From Psammoneis japonica (taxonomy: Eukaryota): a stretch of 64,000 bases of DNA. Shown here one piece after another: positions 52,283-64,000 of the stretch. A model generated the notes under the pieces. That model was given only the letters and a program-made list of their open reading frames with translations. It did no database searches and was not told where the DNA came from. Made by a program: the position numbers and the translations under genes. Positions within the stretch are counted from its first letter, which is position 1, and each line of letters starts with the position of its first letter. The stretch covers positions 62,001-126,000 of the forward strand of contig QPGO01000179.1 in assembly GCA_008632985.1 (NCBI GenBank), given 5' to 3'.

Positions 52283-55200
52283 AATGAAATGCTGTCTGCG
52301 CGGAGGGGGTGTTGTTCAGTCAGACGGGCCAGTCCGGACTGGGGCGCGCAGTGCCCACGTGGGAAGTGCACCGGACTGAACCGGTCCACACAGTGGGGGG
52401 TGATAAAACAACTGACATCATTTGCAGCACTCAGTTTATGAGGCAATTTAAAGAGTCATGACACATTGCCCCTTTGTCATTTTAATCAAGCCAGTCAAAC
52501 ACAGCTTCAAACTGCAGTTGTGCAGCACGCACGGAGACGACAGATCTTGTGGCACAAATGTCACCAGTCTAACACAAGCAACAAGGACAGCGAACATAGA
52601 AAATGTGAGGGCATTCCAAGCAGAAAGAATTGCCATTGTCAGCTGTTGCTTGTTTCCTGTCTCTTTGTTGTCACTTCTTCTTTTGCAGCGCGGCTGCTTC
52701 GCGCTTGTCTCACCTGCTTCCTTCCTGCCACACCATGCTGCACACATTGATCAAAGCATTTTGCTTTTCAACTTCTGCACAAAGTGTTCTGAGTTGGCAG
52801 TGCAAGAGACCAAGCTCTTGCAGTTGGGAGCCAGCCAGCACAGCTGCTGCTCTTTGTGCCTTGGAAGAGCAGCAGTGCGGCTGGCCGCGCATGTGATCAT
52901 GATGTGCACTCTTGAGCCACCACCTGATGCCAAGGCCACACAAAGTTGGATTGCTTTTCTTCGTGCAGCTTCTTGACGTTGCTCATGCCATCCTCACAAA
53001 TGCAAGTCTTCATTTTCTCTCACAAAAGCAAGCGCCTTCATTTTCTTGCCCTGCTTGTGTTGCTTCTGCTGCTGCTCCTGGCTGCTGCCCTCCTTGTGCT
53101 GCTGTCAAATCATGATGTGCTGGAGATCATTTTTGACCACCTCAGAGGCTGCACACCTGCGAACTTCTGCTGTTTTTAATTTCTTTGTTGTTGCTCTGAC
53201 TGACCACTGCTCCAATGCACAGAGCTGCTTTCTGCTTTCTGCGGCTGCTCTTGCTCATGATCTTGATGCTTCTGCAAAGCAGCAGCACTGTGCTGGAAGC
53301 TTTGCACCAGAGCTGGAAAGATGATGATTTCCCAGCTCTGTGAAGAGTTCATGGAGCTTGTGCTTGTGCTCTCATTTGACAGAAGCAGCACACCGCAACA
53401 GAGAAACATCTTCAGCAAGCTTTGGCCCTTTCACGCAGTGCTTGGAGATTCAGTGACAAGCACTGAAGAAGCAGCAGTTTTTTGTGAGGCAGCTCTTAAC
53501 AACAGCTGGGTTGCACCCCAAAACAGTGCTGACAACACTTTGCAGGGTGCTGCTTGGTCATGGAAAACATGCAAGAATTCTTGGCTGGCCTGCAGGGGCA
53601 GCAATGTGCTCTTGCTGGGTTGTGCTGCAGAGCATCTGAGCTGCGTGCTTTTGGCACCCAAAACAGTTTCACAGTTTTCCTTTTTGGCATTTTGTTCATC
53701 ACTTCTGCCTGTTTCTTCAAGAGGGAGAGCACACAGAGCTCTCTGCAACAAGAGCCGGCATGTGGCGCCACCCTGACATCTTTTGCTCTGCCTCCCTGCA
53801 GCCGTTGGCACTGTGGCTGGACACACCGCTTCTTCACAAACTCCTTGTCTGTGCACCACAATTTGCTTCACAAATTGTTGTTCCTTGTCCTTGAGTGCAG
53901 CTGCCTTTGGTGATGGTGCTTGTGAAAAATCATCAGCTCACCCAGCTTTAAAATCCACACTGCTTCTTTTGTGCTGTGGTTGGTGCCTCACAGGCAACTG
54001 TGTGCATCCTTGAGCGGCCGCCCTGGCCAAGACTTTGCTTGTGTCATCATCACAAAAAATGAGCCTTGAAAGATCATTTCTCTGGCCACCTCAGAGCAAT
54101 GCTGCACCTTTCCAAGCTTTTTGCCAACACAAAATGCCTGGATTTTGTTGTTTCTGGCTGTTCCTCTTTTCTTTTTTTGTTGCTCTGGCTGCTTGCTGCT
54201 CCAATGCACAGAGTTCTGCCTTTGATGATGGGTGCTTGTGCAGTTGTCAGTTCTCCACACTTTGACATCTGGGTTCCTTTTGCAAGCTGATGACTCTTGC
54301 TTCACTCAAGTCAAGTCAATCAAAACCTGCTGCCCACACCAGGTGAAAAAGTGCCAACTCAACACAGACACTGATCAAAGAAACTCCCTGATGCCACAAC
54401 CAAATGACTCATTCTCACAAGATGACAAGCACATCACCCCCATGCTGTGAGAAAAAGATGACTGCTGCGCTGCCCACCATTTGACTTTTGCACACAAACC
54501 ATCCTCCAGGAGATGAATGTTTCAATGACGTGTGCATCAAGTTGGGTCAAGTCAGAATTGAACAGAGGATGACAAAGACCCACAACCTTTTCTGCCCTTT
54601 GTTTCAGGGTTTTCTCAAAAGTGACAAGTTGCAGATTAAAAAAAGAAGAGTGCTCGCCATCTTTGGACCACTCCTTGCATCATTCAATGTTGGCATCTGC
54701 TTGAGCCAACCCACACAACATGATGTGGTGCATTTGAGCCACCCTGTTTGACATGATGGTGTCAAATGCATCCACCACACATGTGATGTGATGTCAACTT
54801 GAGCCACCTCACATGATGCAGCATTTTCCCACAGAAATGTGGACAAAGATTGAAGCAAAACAAGAAGTTGAGATGACAAAAGAATGCATTTGATCAGCAG
54901 ACAGTCCACCACTGTTGCAAATGCTGGGTGCCAACCTGCATGCACTCACTGAGAATGTGAGAATGAAGAACACAATGTGAGCTCAGAGAACATTTTCATT
55001 GGCTCTCATTGTGAGTCAGATTTTGGGTTGACAACAGCAGTTCCAATGGTGTCAGCACATTGTCAACAATGCTCATTTTCAGCAGCGACAGCCATGATCA
55101 CTGACATTCTAGTGTTGATGTTGTTGCGATCTCATTTGCAGACTGTTTCTGCATCAAACAAGCCCTTCGGGGGAGGGGTGCTGACCACGGCAAATGTGCT

Positions 55201-55817
55201 GTTTTGGTGCAGGGGTCTGCGCAGTGGTGCAGCGTGTGTGTGGGGAGGTTGGTGGATGGAAGGCGGGGGAAGAGGGTGGTGGCTGGCTGGCAATGCGGTG
55301 TGTGTGAGTTGTGGGCATGGTGGTGCGCAGGTGATGGGGTGTGGGGTGTTCGTGCAGGGTGTTGGTGTGTGGATTTTTTGTGCAGGGTGTTGGTGTGTGG
55401 ATTTGCGTGATGGAGTGTGGATTTGCATGAGTGGTGAGTGTCGCAGCATGCAGTGGGGCAATCTTCTTTTGACATGTCACAAGGGCCATTGCATGAGCTC
55501 CCAGCCCCCCTCACAACTCTCACACAAGTCGACAAAGGAGCAGCAAAAACCATTGCAGTTCACTGTCATTTCTTTCCAGCATCTTGTCAATGGTCAAGAT
55601 CCATGCTTCTGCAGCCCCACATGTTGTGCTGCAGCAGAGTCATTTAACACATCAGGAGGGCAATTTTGCACATGGTCCCAACCCTGTCACAACTCTCACA
55701 TGTTGATGCCACATGTGTCCTGCATTGCAATGTACAAACTGACATCACAACCTGGATGACCTGCACCAACCTGCTGCGCTGCTGCAACAGATCTTGGCAC
55801 TTGGTCACTCACTTCGC

Positions 55818-55873
55818 TCACTCACTCACTCACTCACTCACTCACTCACTCACTCACTCACTCACTCACTCAC
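55818..55873. repeat. (CACT)n microsatellite, ~14 units
   Basis: Direct reading of the sequence. Confidence 0.95.
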
Positions 55874-56308
55874 CAACTGACTCACTTGCTTGCCAACTTG
55901 CTCTCAAAAGCAAAACACTTTCATGTCACTTGCCCAGGGTGGTCAGTGAAACATGTGACAAAGGATTCAACTTGCAGTGCAGACTGAAGATGCAGAATCA
56001 TCAGACTTTCCTCCAGGTGGTCCCTGGTGTGAAACTCACGCAGGTGTTGAGTGATGCATTGGAGAATTTGTGGTGCCATGCATTGCGCGTTGCTGGCATG
56101 GTGAGTGGGGAGAACAAGGCAGTGTTGGGAAAATTTGCAAACCTGATGGCTGACAGATGTGGCAAGAATTTGGTGAGAATCTCCGCGGCACTGCAACACT
56201 GTGACTTGACTGATTGCTGTCAGACAAGATGATGACTGCAACTGTGACTGTTCACCGCAGCCTGCACTGTTTCTTTGAAATGACTTTGACTGCGACTTTA
56301 GTTGCCCC

Positions 56309-56698
56309 GACGCGTTCCAGGTCCAGGTGGGACCTCGCACTGCTGAACCCTGTGACATCGACAGTTTTGTGAATCACGTCGTATGTCGCACACGTAGATT
56401 TCTACGTGATTTTTTCGACATTTTGTGTCATTTTACGGCACACTTGTTGAGCGATCCGTCCAACATTTTTTGACATTTTTTGTTACAGCGCAATTCTACA
56501 ATGTCTTAAGAATCGCGTGGGGCAGGCGCATTTGCAAAAATGTCAAGTGGCGATGGGCACAATTGCACCACAAACTTGGCCGTTCATTTGACATTGACTG
56601 CAAATGTGTCCATTGATTAAATTCTCGCACTGCGGAGCTCGCACGTAGAATTCTGCGGGCCCAATGTCACACACGGAGTCCCACCCAGGACTGGAACC
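56309..56698 (+). mobile_element. MITE copy D (partly converted); right TIR split by the Gypsy insertion and completed at 62360-62368
   Basis: gacgcgttccaggtccaggtgggac...gtcccacccaggactggaacc|Gypsy|gaacccgtc; TSD CCCC/CCCC; about 9 TA left. Confidence 0.92.
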
Positions 56699-56885
56699 TG
56701 CAAGATCCAGCTTGAGATGACTTGACAAAAGTTGTGGGAGAACCAAGAAGAGACCCGATCAGCACAATCGCTGATCAGAGAACTGACTTCCAATGGCTTC
56801 CTGAATGTCTGGTGCGTCAGTCAACACACACATCATGTCAGAGAGGGCACACTTGGTCATAAAGTGCATGCGCCCATCTCATTCA
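56699..56885 (-). repeat. 3' LTR
   Basis: Direct repeat of 62176-62359; adjacent to the PPT. Confidence 0.95.
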
Positions 56886-56992
56886 CTCTTCCCCTCCATG
56901 GTGCAAGGAACACGCACACCATTGGAACCACTTGACTAAAATTCAAACCCAATGCGCACGGAGAAGGGAACCCAGACATTGGGAAGAAACCC

Positions 56993-59900
56993 TCAACTCC
57001 GATGCGGCACCATGCGGCGAATGTTAATTTGCTCAATGACGTGTGGTGCTCGCAGTGCTGAAACAGTCCCGTTGGCGTGGACTTGTGAAATTCGAAACGG
57101 GCCACAGGCTTGTTCTTCCAACTTTGAAGGATCCACCGACTTGACCAATGCATCTTGACCAACCAGATGATCGCAGGAGTGGCGCTTCGCATTCTGGCGT
57201 CGCAGATTCTCGTCGACCAATGCTTGTTGGTTGGCTTGCATTGCAGCAAGGCCGGAGATGACTGGTGAGTCCAAAATCACATCACCAGAGCTCCACTTGA
57301 AACACCCACAGACCTTGAGTGGGAGCATCGCAAAGCACAAGAGGCTGTGGCAAGGGTGTCGTCCACAATCTGCTCAGCCTGTTGAACATTTAAAGGTGGG
57401 TTGGCGACAACCACAGTGCGCATGATGTTGGCTGTTGTCTGGTGCATTCGTTCACAAATGGAGTTGGCTGCAGGATTTCAAGACGTTGTTGGCGCATCAG
57501 CAACACCTGCTTGATTTGGTGGCATTTGGAACTCCCAACCAATGAATTCTCCACCATTGTCATGGATGCATCGATTCGGTCTGGGACAACGAGCTGGCCA
57601 AAGGTTGCGAAACTTGTCAGTCACATGCTGAGAAGTTTTGTTGTAAGTGCGCACGAGTTCAGTCAATCCAGTGACAGTGTCAATGCAAGTGAGAGCGCTG
57701 AATTCAATCTCTTGGTCTTGAATCGGCATTTTCCACGGTCCAATGAGATCAGCCACTGCTTCTGTCCATGGAGCCAAAGGTGCTTGACGTTGAGGCAATT
57801 CTCCACATCCAGGACCCAGTTGTTTAAATCGTTGACATGCATCGCAAACAAATTTGTTGCAACGTCGACGCAATGCAGGATGACACACATGAGTCCGAAT
57901 GCTTTCATGCAATCGCACGACTCCACAATGGCCCAATGCGCGATGGTGCCATGCAATGGCATCTGGCAACAACGCAGCAGGAATGCAAATTTTCCAGGCT
58001 CCAGGCGGATCATTCAGATGCAAACGATGACAAATCAGGGGGCGACGATTCACAATCTCAGCCACGAACTGCTGCGGATTTTGTTGTCTTTGCTGGCTCA
58101 GTTGAAGATCTTCGAACTGGAGCTGTTGTGTCCTCAGTGTCTCAGCAGGATTTGGCATTTCATCCAGCGTTGGGCAATTCAAAAAGCACTCAAACAGTTC
58201 AGGCTCATCAAGCAGAGAGAAAAAGGAGGTGTGAGACTCATCAGAAGGATCAACCGGAGCACGGCAACACTTGAACCTGCAAGCACCCAACTCCAAATCG
58301 TCCTCTTCCTCGGCTTTGTTCAGTTCCTTGGAATCCAACTTTTTAAAATGAATGATTTTTCCTTTGCATTTGCTGCTTGGCCCAAGGCTCTTCCCCTTCG
58401 AAGGCGGATCCATGTGCGGGAGTCAAGAAAAACAATCGGTGAGCACGCTGTCCTTGCCTTCAACATGCTTAAAGGCAGGCACGAAATCTTCGAGGAACAG
58501 TCGCCAATGAAGGACGCGCTGCATGTTCAAAGTGCGAAAGGTGAGATTTTTGTGATCAGCATGAACAGTGACATCAGCACCAAGCAACATGGAGCAAAAT
58601 TCCTTGAAGCACATGACGATGGCCAGGAGTTCTTTTTCCATTGTTGAGCAATTTCGTTGAGCCGCCGAGAGCTTCTTAGACCAATGCGCCACAGGTTTGC
58701 CATCTTGAACAATGGCGGCGCCCATCTGGCAGTCTGATGCATCGGTGCAGACATGGAATGGCAGGTTGTGGTTAGGATGGGCCATCAATGCTTCTGCCGC
58801 AATTGCTGCCTTCATCTCCTTGAGTGCTTTCTGGCATGATTCTGTCCATTGGAACTGACTCTTGCCTGTCAATTCAGTCAGAGGTGCAAGCAGGTGAGAA
58901 CAGCGAGGCCACACAGTGCGACAACAGGTCACTGCACTGAGAAATGACCGGAGCTGAGCAGTGTCCCGCGGAGGTTGCATTCGCAGGATCGCCTTGACCT
59001 TCTTTTTCCACGGTTCAATTCCAGTTGGAGTGAGCCAATGCCCTGGAAAATTGGTTTCTTGAACACACCACTCGCATTTCAACGGGTTGACTTTCAAGCC
59101 ATTCTCCTCAAGATGATGCAACACCTTGTCAAGACAAGAGAGATGGCAATCAAAGTCAGCATCAAATGCGCCAACATCATCAATGTGAGTTTCAACATCC
59201 AAACCATGTGGGATCTTTTCAATGATGGACTGAGCAATGTCTGGAGCTGGCTTCAATCCCACAGCCATGCGACAATGCTGGAACTTCCTGCACGGAGTTG
59301 CAATCGTAGCGAGCTCCTTGCTTTCATCGTCCAATTCCAAATTGCCACAGAACATCATGAGATCTAATTTTGTGAAGAACTTGCAGCCCACTCTCCACTG
59401 CAGCACATCTTGAACAACTGGCAGAGGATGCACTTTTCGTTTAAGGACCTTGTTGAGCTCTCAAAAATCGGACACCCATCGCACTCGGCCGTCCTTCTTC
59501 GGAGTGACAAAGGCACCGGCTGCCCATTCCGCAGGCCCACATGGTCGAAGTGCACCGAGATTCACCAAATGCTTCAATTCCTTTTTGAATGATTCTTCAT
59601 TGACTCGAGCAACAGGAAACGGTTTTGAGTGATGTGGAACAGCATTTTCATCCACTTCGAGGTGCACCTTTTCATGAGGACAGTGCCCCAAAGTTCCGTC
59701 AAACAAGGTTGAATGTTTTTCCAATGCCGCCAACAGCTTCTTCGTTTGCTCCTCCATGAGATGATCCAAGTTCCGAACCACTTCTGCTGGATCCGTTGCT
59801 TCGTGCTTGGCGTCGAGCACATGGTTGTCATGTCCATCATCGCATCCACAGTCCAACTCGTCTTCACAATCTTCATCAAATTCATCTATTCGACCTAAAG

Positions 59901-60462
59901 CCACGTGCCAATTGCAGGATTTGGACCAATGACGAGGTTCCTTCATTGGGATCACACGGTCCAGCCATCGCAGTGTCCTTGTTTCACAGTTCAGGTTGAG
60001 ACCAATCTTGTCCAAGAAATCTCGACCCAAAATGATGTCATGCACACACGGAGCATCAAATGCATGAGCCACACAGCTGTCAATCCTCCTGGCTTTGTCA
60101 AATTCCGGCAACACGATGTTGCTCAAGGCTGCCCAATGACCTGATTGGAAAGGACCTGCCACAGTTTGAAAAGCTTGGACTCCATGTTCGTCAACAGATG
60201 GCGCGGCTCTTCGAGGCAAATCTTGGGACAAAATCACAGTGTGAGAACCACCCGAATCAAACAAAACACGCATCACACGATTTGACTCATGCCGTTGCAT
60301 TGATTTTGCAACAAGCAGTGCAGATGGAACCAGTGCAGTGCGCGAGACTTGCGAACTCATTTTTGGGAGAGGAATGTTGCATTTGAGTGCATCTTGATCA
60401 AACACATCCCCCTCTTCATTCACGCAATTTTCTGCAGTGTTTTCAAATTCAACAGGTGACAA
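56993..60462 (-). pseudogene. pol: Gypsy pol (protease, RT, RNase H, integrase)
   Basis: LFDSGGSH; ETHIDD; CTDASDCQMGA; EKELLA; DHKNL; ADLIGPW; HDNGGEFIG; three in-frame TGA stops (59461, 58423, 57478) at expected Arg (CGA) positions. Confidence 0.93.
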
Positions 60463-60638
60463 TTCATCAGGATTTTCAAAACAATCAAAAGCAAAACATT
60501 CATCATTTCATTCAGGCAAAACACAATCATTTCCTTCAACAAATGCTTCTCTCACAGGCAGTTGGGAGTGCTCAGCTCCGGAGCATTCAGCTCCTTCTTC
60601 TCAGAACTGCCAAGGAAACTGCCCATCTGGCTGAAACC

Positions 60639-61871
60639 TCACCACACCTCCACAACGTGGAGGGGGCCTCGTCCGATCACATCGAAATGGTGCACATCAC
60701 CACGAGGAGCTTCTTGAGCCTGGTTGTCATTGTTCACATTGTCTGCTTGAGCAGCACATCCGTCGGCCTGTCCTTGGCCTCCACGGTTGTTGTTTTCATT
60801 GCGACAATGTTGACCACCACCTTGGTTGCCATTGTCACTTTGATTTCCGTTGTTGTTGTTGTTGCGATGGGCACCACGACCTCCTTGGTTCTGGTTGCCA
60901 TGACCACCAAAGCATCCACCGCCTCCACGGCCTTGGCCACGGACTCCTTGGAAACGACCTCCGCCTCGACCTCCACCGCCATGGCCTCCTCCTCGACCGC
61001 CACGGTTTTGAGGCCCATGATGGTTGGGGTTGTTTGGATTGTCATGACATTGGCCCCACGTGTGCCTTCCATGGTGCCATGGGACCGGACATGGATCACC
61101 TGCCTTCAGTTGGCCCTTGCCATCCTTCTTGTCACGGTTCCCCTTTTCATCACTGGAGCTCCCTCCATTGCCATTGCTGGACTTGCGCTTCTTGTCATCT
61201 TGACCATCGGCAAACACCTTCTTGTTGCTCATGCAGGCTTGGACATCCACCACAGAATCCGCAACAAGGTTCTTGCCCGCACGAATGCAGGGCTGCTGCC
61301 AGGTCAAAGGGAAGGCACAAAAGATGATGTTCTTCTGCTCCTGCTCTGCAAGTGCAGGAACGGCACCAGGCAGATGGTTGGCACAACGAAACAACGTCTC
61401 CATGCGATCAATGTGAGTTTCAGATTCCGCTGAGTGAGGCTTTTTGCAAGCAGGCAAATGCATCTTCATCGTGTCACGAGCTGTCGGTTTCACGCAGCGC
61501 AGATGACAGGATGAGATGGCCTGATCAAATTGAGCTGCCATCCGTTGGTTCTGTGGAATGCCCGCGGCAATGTTCTGCCATTTTGCCTCCGCAGTTCCTT
61601 GGAGACAATCCTCGAAAGCATCAAACAACTCTGTTCCGGCATCATAATTCAGCTGTCTTGCCACCTTCCGGAACCTGTCCTCCACGTGCAACAATGATTC
61701 AATTCCATGCTCTCCTGTGAAAATGGGACACATTTTTGAAAGTTTAGCACCATCAATGAAGGTTTGAGTGAGCTTCACTTCCTGTGGCTCAGAATCCACG
61801 AATTTGGTTTTACACTCAATGCATGCTTTCTCCAAGGCTTCTTGACACATGGCGATGCACAATTTCAGCAA
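60639..61871 (-). pseudogene. gag: Gypsy gag-like ORF
   Basis: Upstream of pol; CPVPWHHGRHTWGQC knuckle-like motif; Gly/Asn/Arg-rich tail. Confidence 0.75.
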
Positions 61872-62175
61872 TCAAACAATCAACAATCCACAAGACAAAC
61901 GAAATGAAATGTTCCCAATTGATCCACACCATGAGAACAATCAACAACCAAACAACAACAAATTCAAGAACAGCAATGCGAGACTCGAGGTCGAACAAAC
62001 GCTGCTCCGAATCGCCAATTTCACGAGCACAATTGCGCTGTGGTTCTGATTGACTTCAAATGAAATTTTCTGCATGAGCTCGCAAACAAATTTTCTCTCT
62101 TCTCGACAACACTCTTTGCGTTGTCACAAAGTTGACAATGCAGTGAACAAGCCATGACAACGACTGTGATTACAG

Positions 62176-62359
62176 TGCAAGATCTGGCTTGAGATGACTT
62201 GACAAATGTTGTGGGAGAACCAAGAAGAGACCCAATCAGCGCAATCGCTGATCGGGGAACTGACTTCTGATGGCTTCCTGAATGTCTGATGCGTCAGTCA
62301 ACACACACACATCAGAGAGGGCACACTTGGTCACAAAGCACATGTGCCTGTCTCATTCA
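62176..62359 (-). repeat. 5' LTR
   Basis: Direct repeat of 56699-56885. Confidence 0.95.
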
Positions 62360-62869
62360 GAACCCGTCCCCCATGAAATGACTTGTTGGTTGACTGTCAA
62401 TGACTGTCAACATGACTGATGACTGCTTCAACTCACACACAATTGTTCTTGGAGCAAGCTTGCAGAATTTTGCAAAAAAAACACCGGCGTCTTTGATCTT
62501 CCATCAATGCATCAGGATGACAAATTGGTTCGAAAGTCAATGTTTTAGTTGTCAGCCTCAATTGATGAAGAACAAGCACTGCTCAAATTGGGTGCAGTGC
62601 ATCTGTGTTCAAAAAGAAGATTGGTGCTGCAATTTTTGTGACACCTGCATTGAAAGAAGATTGACATCATCACAGCTTTTGTTTGAGAGCCATGGCTGTG
62701 CATCACAAGGCTGTTCATGCACAGCTGTTGCCAGAGCAGTTGCTTGACACCACAAAAAGGGCATGACAAGAGCCCCCAAGCTGACAGGGAAAGATTTCGG
62801 TGAGTGCACCAACCAAATCAAAAATCCTCCACAGCCAAAGGAGACCATGAAGACACTTGCAAGGCTCTG

Positions 62870-63200
62870 CCCTGGCTCAGCTGTGGCTCCATGTCACAGC
62901 TGAGCCAGGGTCAGAGTGAGCCTTAAACTCCCAAATTCTGCTGCAGAAGGACACTGTGAATGCCCCCACCAGCCAAACAACTGCTGTCAAAAGGCGCTGA
63001 CTTTCTTTGGTGGACCCCAGACAACATTTGAAGAAAGCCACCCTGGCTCAGCTGTGGCTCCATGCCACAGCTGAGCCAGGGTCAGGGCGAGCCTTGAATT
63101 CCCAAATTCTGCTGCAGAAGGACACCATGGATGCCCCCACCAACAAAGCAGCTGCTGTCAAAAGGCATTTGGTGCCTTTGGCAGATCCCAGGCAACACTT
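62870..63200. repeat. 171-bp tandem duplication, each unit starting with a GC-rich hairpin
   Basis: ccctggctcagctgtggc-tccat-gccacagctgagccaggg at 63041-63081, with a one-mismatch copy at 62870-62910. Confidence 0.85.
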
Positions 63201-63518
63201 TAAATGAGAAACATGGTTGGGAGTTGAAATGCTGCCCTCACTTGGCTGTGGCTCCATGTCACTTCACACCACTGTTGAAGGGTGAGCCAATGTGTTCCAG
63301 CTGCACGCGAACCGCACATGAACCAAAATGTGCACAAAAACAACATTTGTGCAATTTTTGCGTGGTCTCTGACTTGCAAACAAGCTTTCACCACCAAAAG
63401 CACAGATTTGTTTAAATTTTGGCATTTTTTGTCATTGTTTTGGTGCAGTCAATTTTTTTTTCATTGCAGAGGGCTGGCTGCATGGATGACAACAACAAAC
63501 AAGAGAGCATCGCTCCAA

Positions 63519-63863
63519 GACGCGTTCCAGGTCTAGGTGGGGCCTCGCACTGCTGAACTGTGACATCGACAGTTTTTTGAATCGCGTCGCATGTCGCGCA
63601 CGCACATTTCTACGTGATTTTGGCGAAATTTTGCATCATTTTGTGGTGCAATTGTCAGGCGATCCATTCAACAACTTTTGACATTTTTTTCTTCTGCACC
63701 ATTCTCGAGTGTCTTGAGAACGGCGCAGGGCAGGCGCATTGTCCAAAACTGCAAGTGCAAACAGAGACTCATGTGCTGCAAACTTGGCCGTTCATTTTGT
63801 GTCGAAGACAAACATGTCCATTGACCAGAGTGCAAAAAGTCCCACCTGGGGCTGGAACCCATC
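63519..63863 (+). mobile_element. MITE copy E (internally shortened)
   Basis: gacgcgttccaggtctaggtggg...gtcccacctggggctggaacccatc; TSD CCAA/CCAA; 2 TA left. Confidence 0.9.
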
Positions 63864-64000
63864 CCAAAACCAAATGCAAAAATTGGGAGGACCCACAAAA
63901 GAAGGCACCTGTTTGTGAGACGGCATTCCCCTCCCCTTTGTCACTTCACCTTTTGTGTGCATTCGTCTTCTCACACATCCACATTTTGTCCTGTTGTTTC

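Larger units (their letters stand above)
56699..62359 (-). mobile_element. Full-length Ty3/Gypsy LTR retrotransposon, inactivated
   Basis: LTRs 56699-56885 and 62176-62359 (TG..CA); 5-bp TSD GAACC; PPT ggaggggaagag next to the 3' LTR; gag-PR-RT-RH-IN order. Confidence 0.96.
48460..64000. other. TpA-depleted, transposon-rich domain 3
   Basis: Depletion begins at the left inverted repeat of the Crypton-like element; TA is dense up to 48454 and rare after. Confidence 0.9.

Noticed and set aside
57442..61433. 401-aa and 348-aa plus-strand ORFs
   Set aside because: Antisense shadows of Gypsy pol and gag.
56699..62359. ADAR-type RNA editing or RT error as the cause
   Set aside because: Both A->G and T->C occur on the sense strand, the LTRs differ from each other, and DNA transposons are equally affected.

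Overview
Eukaryotic genomic DNA, most consistent with a pennate diatom. This is an inference from short GT-AG introns with CTAAC branch points, thiC with a 3'-UTR TPP aptamer, HA-domain and PT-rich/GACC proteins, and CoDi-type Copia remnants. The window alternates sharply between two kinds of sequence. (1) Three transposon-dense domains (~1-13560, ~17560-27770, ~48460-64000) contain Gypsy, Copia, Crypton, hAT-like and MITE elements and have lost almost every TpA dinucleotide. (2) Two islands of normal composition (~13560-17560, ~27770-48460) hold mostly disabled host genes (methyltransferase, thiC, 2OG dioxygenase, transporter, J-domain, PT-rich protein) and one intact 1110-aa LRR gene. Main finding: the transposons carry a both-strand TpA->CpA/TpG hypermutation, the reverse direction of fungal RIP, plus slower CpG decay. 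Conserved Tyr residues become His or Cys (YIDD->HIDD; Crypton catalytic Tyr->Cys). Five copies of one MITE show the process at different stages (about 31, 9, 3, 2 and 2 TpA by hand count), with the same site resolved to CA in one copy and TG in another. This looks like a transposon-directed genome-defence or mutagenesis system, but a base-modification sequencing artefact must be excluded. Most short ORFs in the ORF track are by-products of lost TAA/TAG stops. All counts are by eye and no database searches were run.
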